From Laetmonice hystrix (Eukaryota): 64,000 bases of DNA. This document shows, piece after piece, positions 24,101 through 33,734 of the stretch; within the stretch, counting starts at the first letter, position 1, and every line of letters begins with the position of its first letter. The notes under the pieces are model-generated. The model had not been told where the DNA came from. It saw nothing but the letters and a program-made list of their open reading frames with translations, and ran no database searches. The DNA lies in contig OZ249451.1 in NCBI GenBank assembly GCA_965235115.1, positions 5,890,001-5,954,000 on the forward strand, in the 5' to 3' direction. The translations under genes were made by a program, and so were the position numbers.

Positions 24101-25768
24101 CTCCACCGGGTCCCGTGACCCCACCTCCCGGCAGCTCACCGACCTCAGAAAACTCGCAGGGTTCTATGGTCACTGAACATGTCAGAAAGAAACTCAGTTT
24201 TGTACGAGTGTCAACAGTGTCGTCACCCGTGGCTGTTCCGGCATTGTCAACCAAACGACAGATACAGGATGCGGAGCCGGAGGAGGTGGAGCAGGTCTCC
24301 TCCAGTAAGAAGCAAAGAACGAGAGCGTTGCGAATGTCACAGGCAGAAGGTAATATTTCATCACCAAGAAAGTGACGTAATATCGCGAGTAAACACACTA
24401 TAAGTGAATGGTTTGTGCCACATGTATAAAACGTTGAAATACGCACTTAGGCAAAATAGGTATGAACTGAAAACCAGATTACATTAGTGATACCAATAAA
24501 TTGACTGTCCTAGTGTCCTTTGTATTCTCCAGTTTACCACGCCCTGTACCTGGACACTCTGACAGTCGAGGCTATGGTCTCCAAGATTGCCGAACTTTTC
24601 TCCATTAACGCTGATCAACTCATCGAGACATTTGTTGTCGGACCATCAGGAATCAACGTGTTTGTCACAGACAGTGTCAGTATACACACCAGAACTTCCT
24701 CATACATAGCCTGGTATCGAGATATTCTCAAAGAGAAATCAGAAGTCGGATTCGTTCAGTCACAATTCCCCTAAAAAAATAGTAGGGATACCCACAAACG
24801 TCATTTTCCACGAAATGGTATTATAGCCTTTTGTAAATTGACCGTTCTGGTATGCATAGATGGGTGCCTTGTAATAACTTAGCCTTGTCTCTCGACGGTC
24901 TAGAACTTTATCTTGTAATAATTTAGCCTTGTCTCTCTCTACAGGTGGTCCAGAACTTTGTCTTGTAATAACTTAGCCTTGTCTCTCTCGACAGATGGTC
25001 CAGAACTTTATCTTGTAATAACTTAGCCTTGTCTCTCTCGACAGGTGGTCCAGAACTTTGTCTTGTAATAACTTAGCCTTGTCTCTCTCGACAGGTGGTC
25101 CAGAACTTTATCTTGTAATAACTTAGCCTTGTCTCTCTCGACAGGTGGTCCAGAACTTTGTCTTGTAATAACTTAGCCTTGTCTCTCTCGACAGGTGGTC
25201 CAGAACTTTGTCTTGTAATAACTTAGCCTTATCTCTCTCGACAGGTGGTCCAGAACTTTGTCTTGTAATAACTTAGCCTTGTCTCTCTCGACAGGTGGTC
25301 CAGAACTTTGTCTTGTAATAACTTAGCCTTATCTCTCTCTCGATAGGTGGTCCAGAACTTTGTCTTGTAATAACTTAGCCTTGTCTCTCTCGACAGGTGG
25401 TCCAGAACTTTGTCTTGTAATAACTTAGCCTTGTCTCTCTCTCGATAGGTGGTCCAGAACTTTGTCGATCAGTCACGTTTCTATTTGGAAGCAGAACAAG
25501 GTACGTCAGGCCTTTCACATATAAAAAAACTATGAAAAATATTTCTTTGAAAACTTTAAAAAGGGGGCAATTATTAAGAAACGATACATTTGCCTATTCA
25601 TTCCAGCTTTGGGATTAAACGTGGCCTAAAACCGAGTAATAAACGTTTTCTTTTCTCAATCCTATATTGTACGTGGTGTTGTACCCTACAGAGCCAGTTT
25701 TTGCTATTTTTTTTCCAGATGATGACGCCACAAGCAAATACCGGTTACTGATGCGTCTCTTGGATTGA
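6123..25768 (+). CDS. TFCP2: LSF/CP2-family transcription factor (probable co-orthologue of vertebrate TFCP2/UBP1/TFCP2L1): CP2 DNA-binding domain, SAM domain and C-terminal domain
   Basis: Phase-consistent exons: 6123-6310 (start could be ATG 6180; [10 protein letters not shown]), 7628-7678 ([13 protein letters not shown]), 12226-12302 ([23 protein letters not shown]), 12415-12476, 12731-12836 ([11 protein letters not shown]), 13166-13272, 13749-13895 ([22 protein letters not shown]), 14093-14161 ([12 protein letters not shown]), 20865-20906 (EKYQPSYE), 21223-21449, 21933-22143, 23258-23357 and 23520-23610 (SAM: [27 protein letters not shown]), 23740-23798 (VRPKLTIYV), 24041-24349, 24533-24675 (VYHALYL..GPSGI), 25449-25500, 25719-25768 (TGA). 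Confidence 0.96.
7882..8004 (+). CDS. Candidate in-frame cassette exon of the TFCP2-like gene
   Basis: TTTTTCAG acceptor, 123-nt open frame ([40 protein letters not shown]) and AG|GTTTGT donor. It is phase 2 at both ends, like the flanking junctions. No homology recognised. Confidence 0.55.
8283..8525. mobile_element. Short degenerate inverted-repeat (MITE-like) element in a TFCP2 intron
   Basis: ACACTCACGACTT (8287-8299) is the exact reverse complement of AAGTCGTGAGTGT (8506-8518); the outer CTGTA/TACAG also pair. Confidence 0.45.
9430..9850. mobile_element. Old MITE-like element with imperfect terminal inverted repeats of about 40 bp
   Basis: AGTTTCTTACTTGAACTTGAGTTGAAATTTACAGCT at about 9431 pairs imperfectly with AGCAGTAAATTTCAACTCAAGCTCTAGAAAGAAACCT ending at 9850. 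Confidence 0.5.
12061..12198. repeat. 20-bp minisatellite, about 7 units, just upstream of a TFCP2 acceptor
   Basis: GGGATCCAAGGTCATGTAA(A/C) x6 plus an 18-nt partial unit. Confidence 0.97.
15691..15831. mobile_element. Short poly-G/poly-C MITE-like element (CAGGNGCGGATC family)
   Basis: Begins CAGGCGCGGATCTAGG and ends ATAATCCGTCACTG, with internal G and C runs. Similar ends occur at 36978 and 45453-45634. Target duplication not resolved. Confidence 0.5.
17041..17410. repeat. Dispersed array of (CAT)GGATCA(G) motifs with non-identical spacers
   Basis: GGATCA starts at 17041, 17111, 17135, 17163, 17184, 17211, 17236, 17257, 17287, 17309, 17330, 17358, 17383 and 17405 (14 copies). Confidence 0.85.
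17881..17910. repeat. (TCAGG)6 pentanucleotide microsatellite
   Basis: Read directly from the sequence. Confidence 0.95.
18629..20194 (+). mobile_element. Non-autonomous Helentron-associated element (HINE/DINE-1-like) in a TFCP2 intron
   Basis: 5' T-run, then subterminal repeat TAGCCCCCAC (18634-43) with a nearby partial complement, then a (GTCC)n microsatellite (about 18667-18726). Internal tandem duplication of about 460 bp (about 18835, 19298, partial 19752). 3' inverted copy GTGGGGGCTA (20166-75), hairpin AAGCTT-CAC-AAGCTT (20177-91), then GTT. This is the established HINE layout. Confidence 0.8.
24868..25465 (+). repeat. 50-bp minisatellite (12 units) built from the TFCP2 penultimate-exon acceptor plus the exon start
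   Basis: Unit CTTGTAATAACTTAGCCTTGTCTCTCTCGACAG|GTGGTCCAGAACTTTGT. The first unit is degenerate, two units are 52 bp, and the last runs into the real exon at 25449. Confidence 0.97.
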
Positions 25769-27376
25769 GGTCGCGCTGCCCCACTTTCATCTGTAATTAT
25801 GCAAATTGCCATGGCAACATGAGCACAGCGCCACGGCCGCAGTCACATGTTCATCTTCACCTTCCATACGTTCAGTAGTATGACCAGATTTATATTTTAA
25901 TTAGTCGCCCACATTTAGACATAGATTTACAGGAAAACTTTTACAGATACTGTGGATCATAATGAAGGATAGCAAATAATTTGATATCAGTGAATGACCT
26001 TTATAAGGTTGAGACAAGGTGACGCATTTATTATGGGCCAGAGTTAGCACCTGTTTCAAGGAAGGCCTGTACATAGTTGTTTGCTTATGATAAAAAAAAT
26101 CATATATGGAATTTTCGTTTATAATTTGTCATTTGTTAATGATTTTTCAGAGTATCTCTCAGGAGGTTTGGTCTTGAAATCATTTAAAGAGAAAGATTGC
26201 TGTTCAGTCGTGAATGGTATTGCATTTTGTTCACCTTACCTATTGCCTGATGGCCAAGTGTAAGATTCATTCGAATTCATATTCGTTCTCATCAGGTCAG
26301 CATGGTTCTGTATGTTAGCAATAAATAGTTTTTGTGTGGATTTTTTGCTGTTACCCTATGTGACCTCCGTGGCTGTTGTCAAGTCGCAGCACTCGTTCTG
26401 TGGTTGAAATTGTGAAAATTTATTGAACAGTTTGACCATATGCCAGAATTCGGTTTTCTTTCATTGTTTTTCTACCTTTTTAACATTATTTTGATTCATG
26501 GTCAGAGAGTTGCGTTGAACTGTCTATAGGACCGCACATCAACACCAGATGTAAAACATATCTCCTAGGTCGATACTCAGTCTGAAACTGTTATCAAAGC
26601 AACGTTAGGGTAGCAGCGAGCTAGCCCCACAGGCTCTGAGCACTGCACATTTGTAAGTAAGTTCCAATTATGTTTTAGTGTATAATACCGCGTTTACAGA
26701 GTGACGTGTCATTCTCTCAGTGTTTGCCGTAACAGAGACTACCTAGGCCTGGCTCGGAAGGGGGGGATTTTTTTTTACGTTATATAGGGGAACCACTGCC
26801 GCAATAAGGGCCAAGTGACAGTAAAAAAAATAGAATTTTCCCATCATGAATTTATTTGTATCTTTGTTTGTATCAAGAAAATAATATTTCTGCTGTAGTA
26901 TTTCGGAGGGATTTCCTAGAGTTTTTGTTTAGTGCTTATTTGTTGTGACACTTTTGATGAAAGACGGTGATGGCATTGTTTGAAATCCTTAGTGGAGATG
27001 GCATTGAGGTTTTGTGGTATCATATGAAATATATGTACCGTTTAATGGTGTGTCACTGATATGTAATGTGCAATGAATTCGTAAAACACAATTGACATTT
27101 CAGTCATAGCCATCATGTTACAATTCTTTACAGTTGCCACAAACGTAAACATATATGCGTACATCCTGCCAGTTCGGTTTCAATTGCTGAATGGTTACAG
27201 ACACAGCCAGTGCAGTTGTACCCCCTCAAATATTCCTTCAACAGCCGTCAACATTCTTACCGCTGTAAAGTACCTTTATAGGGTAACTGTCGCAATGAAT
27301 TACGGTAGACGGCAGAGTAGGGAACACTGGAGAAAGAAGGTACTGCCGTATACGTACATAATGAAAGCAAATATGA

Positions 27377-27410
27377 ATTGATTGATTAATTGATTGATTG
27401 ATTGATTGAT
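27377..27410. repeat. (ATTG)n microsatellite, probably in the TFCP2 3' UTR or just downstream
   Basis: ATTGATTGATTAATTGATTGATTGATTGATTGAT. Confidence 0.9.
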
Positions 27411-28971
27411 AGATAAAGATGTGAAAGCTGCTGTTCAATGTCAACATACCGGTGACTGTTAGCGAGAATGCTAATTTAGCCCCTTTCTGGCGCAGCGTTG
27501 GCCGTCAGTACAGTCCAGATTAGACCCTCCCCACCAAGGTAGAACAATGGTGAACCATTATATGTTTACCATTGTAATACTAGTAACCTAAAGATTAGAG
27601 AGTATCTTCAACACGATTTGTTGAACCGTCCGTAACGATAAGAAAAATTAAGTCGACATCTTATCCACGCCTTTTTAGCTTAATTGAGGCTTTGCTCACG
27701 TAGGTACCAGCAACATTTGTTGACAGATTCTTCAATAAAACATAATCGCTTTAATATGGCATTGCATGGCTGTGTGTTGGGACGAGTAATGGTGCATGGT
27801 GGTTGGGTGGCTGGGTGTTAAGTAAAACATAGAGCGGCGTCTGCGATTGGCTCATTCACTCATTTCATTAAGTCATAGTTCACTTTGGCCTAGTATGCGG
27901 AGGTTGCGCGGTTATTTGTAGTCACCTGTATAATCGTCGTAGTTGTGTGATTGGAACAAAATGTTTTCGTAAAAAAAAGGAATAAGTGAAAGGCAGACAG
28001 TGTATCAGAATGGTGATTTTATTTTCGCAGAGGTGTGAGAGTATGATTATGAATGTGCGGAAGAATCTATAGATCACAGGAACAGTGTAAAGTGATCACA
28101 AAGTTTAACTCCCGTCTCCTTATCAACTTGATCCTGGTGACTGTATAGAGTTAATGTAACATGGTTTCGGGGTGGAATAAAATCTTTGTGATACAGAACT
28201 TGGCTTTTTCTTATTTTGTTTTGTATGTACGTGATGTAGTTTTCAAATTCTTCATCACAATTAATGCCTCAGTATCGAGGTGTAAAATTCTCAAGAAATC
28301 GTAAATTGATTGGAATATAGATATATCTCTGTCCAGTAACACTATGAGTGGTTAGGTCGTGTATGCCTTGGTCAGGCCCGTCGTACCATCGGTGAGTGTC
28401 CATGCTAGTCGTTAGATCAAGGGAGCACTCTTGCATCGACTTTTCCAGAAAAATCAAACATTGAAAAGCGGTTACATTCTACACCAAGTTGCAATTCTAG
28501 TTCTCTGACAGGGGTCGGTTTCTCAGTAGTTGGGCAAGTCCCTTGCCTAACTTGAGCCATGAATGGTTAGGCAAGGACGGTGACAAAGAAACCCTCTCCT
28601 GGTGCCCCCCCCCCCCCAGATAGTACTATGCATAGCCATTCGTTTACGACGAGGGTATTGATGGGAAATACTCTAATATTCCTCAAATATCACAATATTG
28701 GTAATTCGTGTTCAATATAAAAAAATAAATGCCTTTGTCTGAACGATAAGTAAAATTTATTCGGCCAGGCTTGCTCAGCCACAAATAAGCCTACCTCGCT
28801 TACACAACAGATCAAATATTTAAAGGCTAGGTAACGGTACAAACAAGGAAATAAACATTGTACTAAAAATCCGTTCGATATGCCATATTCGATATTCTCC
28901 TGCCATAAAACAAGTAAACGACGTAAATTATCGTTGAGTAATGCTAGCCTGTCGCGCTCCGCGTTTAACGA

Positions 28972-29010
28972 TGACGTCACCAGTCGTCATCACGTTCAGC
29001 CAATCACGTG
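28972..29010 (+). promoter_or_regulatory. Candidate promoter cluster for the SAM-like gene (CRE, CCAAT, E-box)
   Basis: TGACGTCA at 28972-79, CCAAT at 29000-04 abutting CACGTG at 29005-10, in CpG-rich DNA. A candidate UTR donor CAG|GTAGGT lies near 29331. Confidence 0.4.
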
Positions 29011-29785
29011 CCGTTTCCATCTCGGGAATGGGTGGACCATGGCTATACTGTCTGAAACCTATATACGTCAATTCACGTTGGATACGAACTGCGGAATGGA
29101 TGTCTGTATCTATCCATCAGAGGAGCATTGTTGTGACATATGGCCGGCCTAGAAGGATTAGTTCTAGATCTTTCCTTTTACTCTTTTCTGCCGCTCAAAG
29201 CACACGGATGTGACTAAGGATCTTGAGCAGCCAGTAGGGCTATGTGCTGTTCCATTTCGTGAAGCGAGATCAAACTCGTTTTGGTTTCCTGAAACCTCCT
29301 AGTACAGTATCTAACGCAGGAGTGTGCACAGGTAGGTCTGTGCGTGTGTTGTGTGTCTGATATTTAAAACGACCTTAAAAGAAAATAGGCCTAGGCCTAC
29401 CATGCATGCTGCGAATTGCGCTTGGTTCTTACCAGACTTTTTGGAAAAGGTCTTCCAAAAGTGGCCCAACTGCTAAACTTTAAAGTACATTTTGCTTAGA
29501 CATTCAGAGGCCATGAACTTTTGGTAATGATGCTTTGTTTTACTTTTATCTTTAGCAAACATCCTATATGAATGAACGAAAGAAATGTGTAGGGGAATTT
29601 CTGTTCGTTATTGCAGACTGGTTAGGCCCTATCATGCCCTCTTAAAGTTCCATTTAGGTCCTTCATCGGGGCAGAGGTCTAGCTGCTCTGTTACTCATGT
29701 ATTTCATCCATGTATTTTGTCCAGCACCGGATCAGCCAGATTCCGGATCGAGACATTCTGCAACAGTTTTCTGTCGGTTGAGAAC

Positions 29786-32700
29786 ATGGCCTCAAGGTCA
29801 GGTCCGAACACAAGTGACTTTATCATCCGGTGGTGTAGCAAATACGGCCTGTCCTACGACACCGCGCCTTTTCTGGCGTCAAAAGGTTTTACTAGCGCCA
29901 CACATATATACTCCCTGGGCCGTTAGCAGGTTGAAACACTTTCCATCCCCTTGGATCAACGGCAACTTTTACGCGGAGCGTTATTACAATTCAAAAAGAG
30001 TGACGCAAAGTTCGCCAAACGTCAGGCAAGGAAGAACACTTTGCCTCTCGAAGAGGTCCTGTTTGTAGGGAAGGACATTGAATTGGAAAGGTCACAACAG
30101 ATGCAAGCGTCTACGTCTAATATCGGTAGGCATTCGTCTGTTAGATTGACTACTAAAATATAAAGGGAAAACACGTGCATTCCCTTTGTTATACATATGT
30201 AACTACATCAAGTCTATTGATTCTTCGTCTTCTAAATGCCTGGGCATTCATCTAGATAAAATTTCCTGCATTAGGATGCCAAGTTTCTCGAATATCAATG
30301 GAGCCTATACTGTATAGATCTAGACACTATACTGCATGAGTTGCCAGTAAATTCAGGTGGAGAATCTGTCTTCAAAAAGCAAACCATTCCTTTCACGATG
30401 CCCCCCCCCCCCCCCCCCCCCCCATTCCACAAAACGCAGCTTTTCTGTTTGCAGCTCAAGAGAAGCCGCCTGAAGATGTTGCGCGCAGACGACGCCGACG
30501 AAAGCCTAGAGAGGATCGAGGCAACTCAACGGAAGGACAAACGCTGGCCGACCGTATCATGGGGCAGCGGGAAAATCGGAAACGGCAGCAGGTGCATGGC
30601 CTATTGATGCTAGTGACAGCAGAAGTTGTACACTGTACTAGTCTTTGAAGCAACATGCATATGCAGTGGCAAAACATTTGGGGGTTCCAACACTATTTCG
30701 CATTCATTTCATCGCGGAATTTATCACCTTCTGCATGTTTGCCCGAAAATTATATTCAAAAGAATGAGGCGATAAATATAGTCTAGGCTATGAAAGAAAA
30801 TAATAAAAATAAAAACAAGAAGAGAAAACACATTGATTAATGTACAATTGTACATCACTGGCAGAAAAACACAGAGGTCTATAATAGTACTCTTGAACGA
30901 ATCGCTAAAATTTGCACTGCATGGTGCCTCTCGCTGCCTTATCAGCCCTTACTTAATTACAGAATTTAGAGTAATACATGTATATTCGTTGCTCTCTAGC
31001 CAAAACCATCAGCGTCAAAAATTCGAACTGAGTCTAAATTATTAATGACCTGGCAGTGTGCGACTAGTCGATATATCTACTGGCTGTAATCAACGCCCCC
31101 CCCCCCCACCGTTCTCATATCTAAAGCTACAAGAAAGGTTTCTACTACAGGTAGAGTCGACTGAGTATATATCGAGAATATGTCTTCATGTTTGGGGTCC
31201 ACTCGTATTATTTCCTATCTGTTAGCGTCGATTTGTGAAAAACAATTTTTACTTCTCGGGGATGGTTTATCAATTCTCTAGAGAGATAGATATATAGACT
31301 CAGAGTTCGATTAAAGAGCGGGCCGATACAGCAAATAGCTGCTACGGTTTCACAACAAGCACACACATGTGAAGGTTGTAGGGAATGGGGCCTACTGCCA
31401 AGAGTTAAAACTAAATGTCATTACAGAACCTTTTTGGTACATTTCCTTGTGCACTAACAATGCCATCAGCTGGAAGGGACTTCTTTTTATATTATATCAT
31501 TCATTCATATTTCATGAGTGTCGGGCTATTTGTTATATATGCCCACTGATTATAAACGTATGGATAATTAAATGTTCTTGCAGTGAAATACTATACAGGG
31601 TGTCTCAAAAAAATGGTAATCCAAAAACAAAGGGCTTTTGTGACCAGCTATACGTAAATTTAGAGAAGATAAATGGCTGAATCATAAAGTATGGTTCATG
31701 AGCTTTCCAGTGACACCATCCTGACCTTCCTGTGGTCGCGCATTGCCGAACTGTGGGGTTTTAAAAATGGGACATCAGAATCCAAAATTTACAACTTGGG
31801 ATATGGTTGAAATTGACACCAAAACAACGCCAATCACCCGATCTTACCCCGTGCAACTTCTTTCTTTGGGGACATTTGAAAGACAGGGTATTCACCGATC
31901 CTCCTCGGGATATCGCAGAGTTACGGGCCCGAATCACCCACGAGGTGAACAACCTCCAAAACAACCCCGCAATGGTTAGAAGAGCTGTTCACGACATGCT
32001 TCGTCGCTGCAACCTTTGCCTCCAGAGAGGGGGTGGACATGTTGAAGGGGTTGGTCCGTGAATGATGGTGCAAGATTGTACCCGCATCAAATCTGGTTTA
32101 CGTAAAACTGGCACGCCTATGGCTGTTACATGTTCTGTAAATAAAATCTCTGACGAATCTTTGGCGTTGTTTTGGTGTCAATTTCAACCATATCCCAAGT
32201 TGTAAATTTTGGATTCTGATGTCCCATTTTTAAAACCCCACAGTTCGGCAATGCGCGACCACAGGAAGGTCAGGATGGTGTCACTGGAAAGCTCATGAAC
32301 CATACTTTATGATTCAGCCCTTTATCTTCTCTAAATTTACCTATAGCTGGTCACAAAAGCCCTTTGTTTTTGGATTACCATTTTTTTGAGACACCCTGTA
32401 GTAGGTCTGCAACATTGCCTTGTTACAGGCTTCAGCCAGTTCGATGTCACAGCTATCATTCTACTCAACGACATCCTGTTCAACATCCGAAGGCAGTGAG
32501 AATATGACGATGGATGGAGTGATAGGCCTACCAGTAGTATCTCGTAGACAAACTCAGCACGCGTCTCCATGGAGTGCACAGACAGAAACGACAGGTATGA
32601 ATTTGGAAGAACTCGTTCCTGAAGCGACAAAAGATGACGATGGCGGAGCATGGAAGAAAGGCAAAGTCCCCGAAGACGATCTCGAGTTTAAAACGAGCCC

Positions 32701-33004
32701 GGCAGGAAAAGCGACGTTTACTGGCTTACCGTCCCTCCAGGGGGAAGTATTTACTCAAACCGATTCGCCAGTGCTCAATACGATGAGCAGTGATGAAATT
32801 GACCAATTAGAGAAGGCATTAGATCAGAACCTCCATGATATACTGACAGGTTTCAAAGAAAAACACCCAATGGACGACTTTAAAACTCGGTCGAAAGACC
32901 TCCAAAGAGCCCACGAGATTTTAGAAAACGAACTGTTCAATGCAAAAGACAAACTCATCATTAAAAAAATAGATCGTTCCAGAACGTGCGAGGAAATGAA
33001 ATAG
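29786..33004 (+). pseudogene. Three-exon gene for an N-terminal SAM-like-domain protein (about 350 aa if the stop is read as sense), interrupted by TAG at 29924-26
   Basis: ATG 29786 in strong context (AACATGG). Exons 29786-30125 (phase 1, GTAGGC), 30455-30591 (phase 1 in, 0 out, weaker GTGCAT donor) and 32429-33004 (phase 0) join in frame. FIIRWCSKYGLSYDTAPFLASKGFTSATHIYSLGR*QVETLSIPLDQRQLLRGALLQF follows the SAM hydrophobic pattern across the stop. Confidence 0.62.
31596..32398 (+). mobile_element. Young non-autonomous Tc1/mariner (ITm) deletion derivative, 803 bp
   Basis: TA target duplication (31594-95 and 32399-400). 238-bp TIRs (31596-31833, 32161-32398) begin CAGGGTGTCTCAAAA, with only 2 mismatches seen. 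The interior keeps only the transposase C-terminus SPDLTPCNFFLWGHLKDRVF...GGHVE, with N at the third catalytic D position. Confidence 0.95.
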
Positions 33005-33734
33005 CTTGCACCATGAGACATTCACATTGAGATCTAGACAACTCAGCCTATTCCGTATGTACCATAATCGGCCAGCTTTCAGGCAGGCCTCGGCTGTGAA
33101 TCTCTCCGTCGAAAGGGTTCATTTTTAGACAGCACGCATTCTCCGCAGCAAACGTTCTATTGCCGGTGTTCGTCAAAACATTATACAACTCCGCCTTTTG
33201 ACCACGTCGCTCCAGTTGCAGGATATGTTCTTTGTGGGGGCCCACCCCAATGAAAACACGGTCGAAATGCAGCAGCGCCTACTGGCGGAGATTGTGAGAA
33301 ACTTGAATTAAACACGTACTGTATGCATCCACTGACATTTTAACATGGCCTATTGGGGCGGGGGGGGGGGTGAAGCCTATTAAAAACCACCCACTTTTTT
33401 TCATTAGGGGGGGTTGCAACCCCCCACCCCCACCCCCGGTTCCGCCGCCTGCTGAAAACTGCTGACAGGATTAGCAGTCACACGACAGATGCATACCGGC
33501 CGATCAGCGCTTGTTTGCACCACTGCCACAAGGGGGATACATACATAGCTCTATGAAACAAGGGGCAGTGCGATGGGTGTTCATCACTGAGTTGGATTTT
33601 TATTTTGCCTGAAACATTAATATGACAAATAGACGACTATTATTTAATTCTCGGACTCTCCAGCTATAGACAACCAATGCCGATATAGATAATTATTTAT
33701 AGCGGGTTCGTTGTTTTGACCTCGGAGCGACATT

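Noticed and set aside
24868-25465. CRISPR array
   Set aside because: Units are head-to-tail copies with no unique spacers and derive from a host splice junction.
31807-32061. 84-aa ORF as a functional transposase
   Set aside because: Only the C-terminal end remains, fused to the TIR, and the catalytic D is replaced by N.
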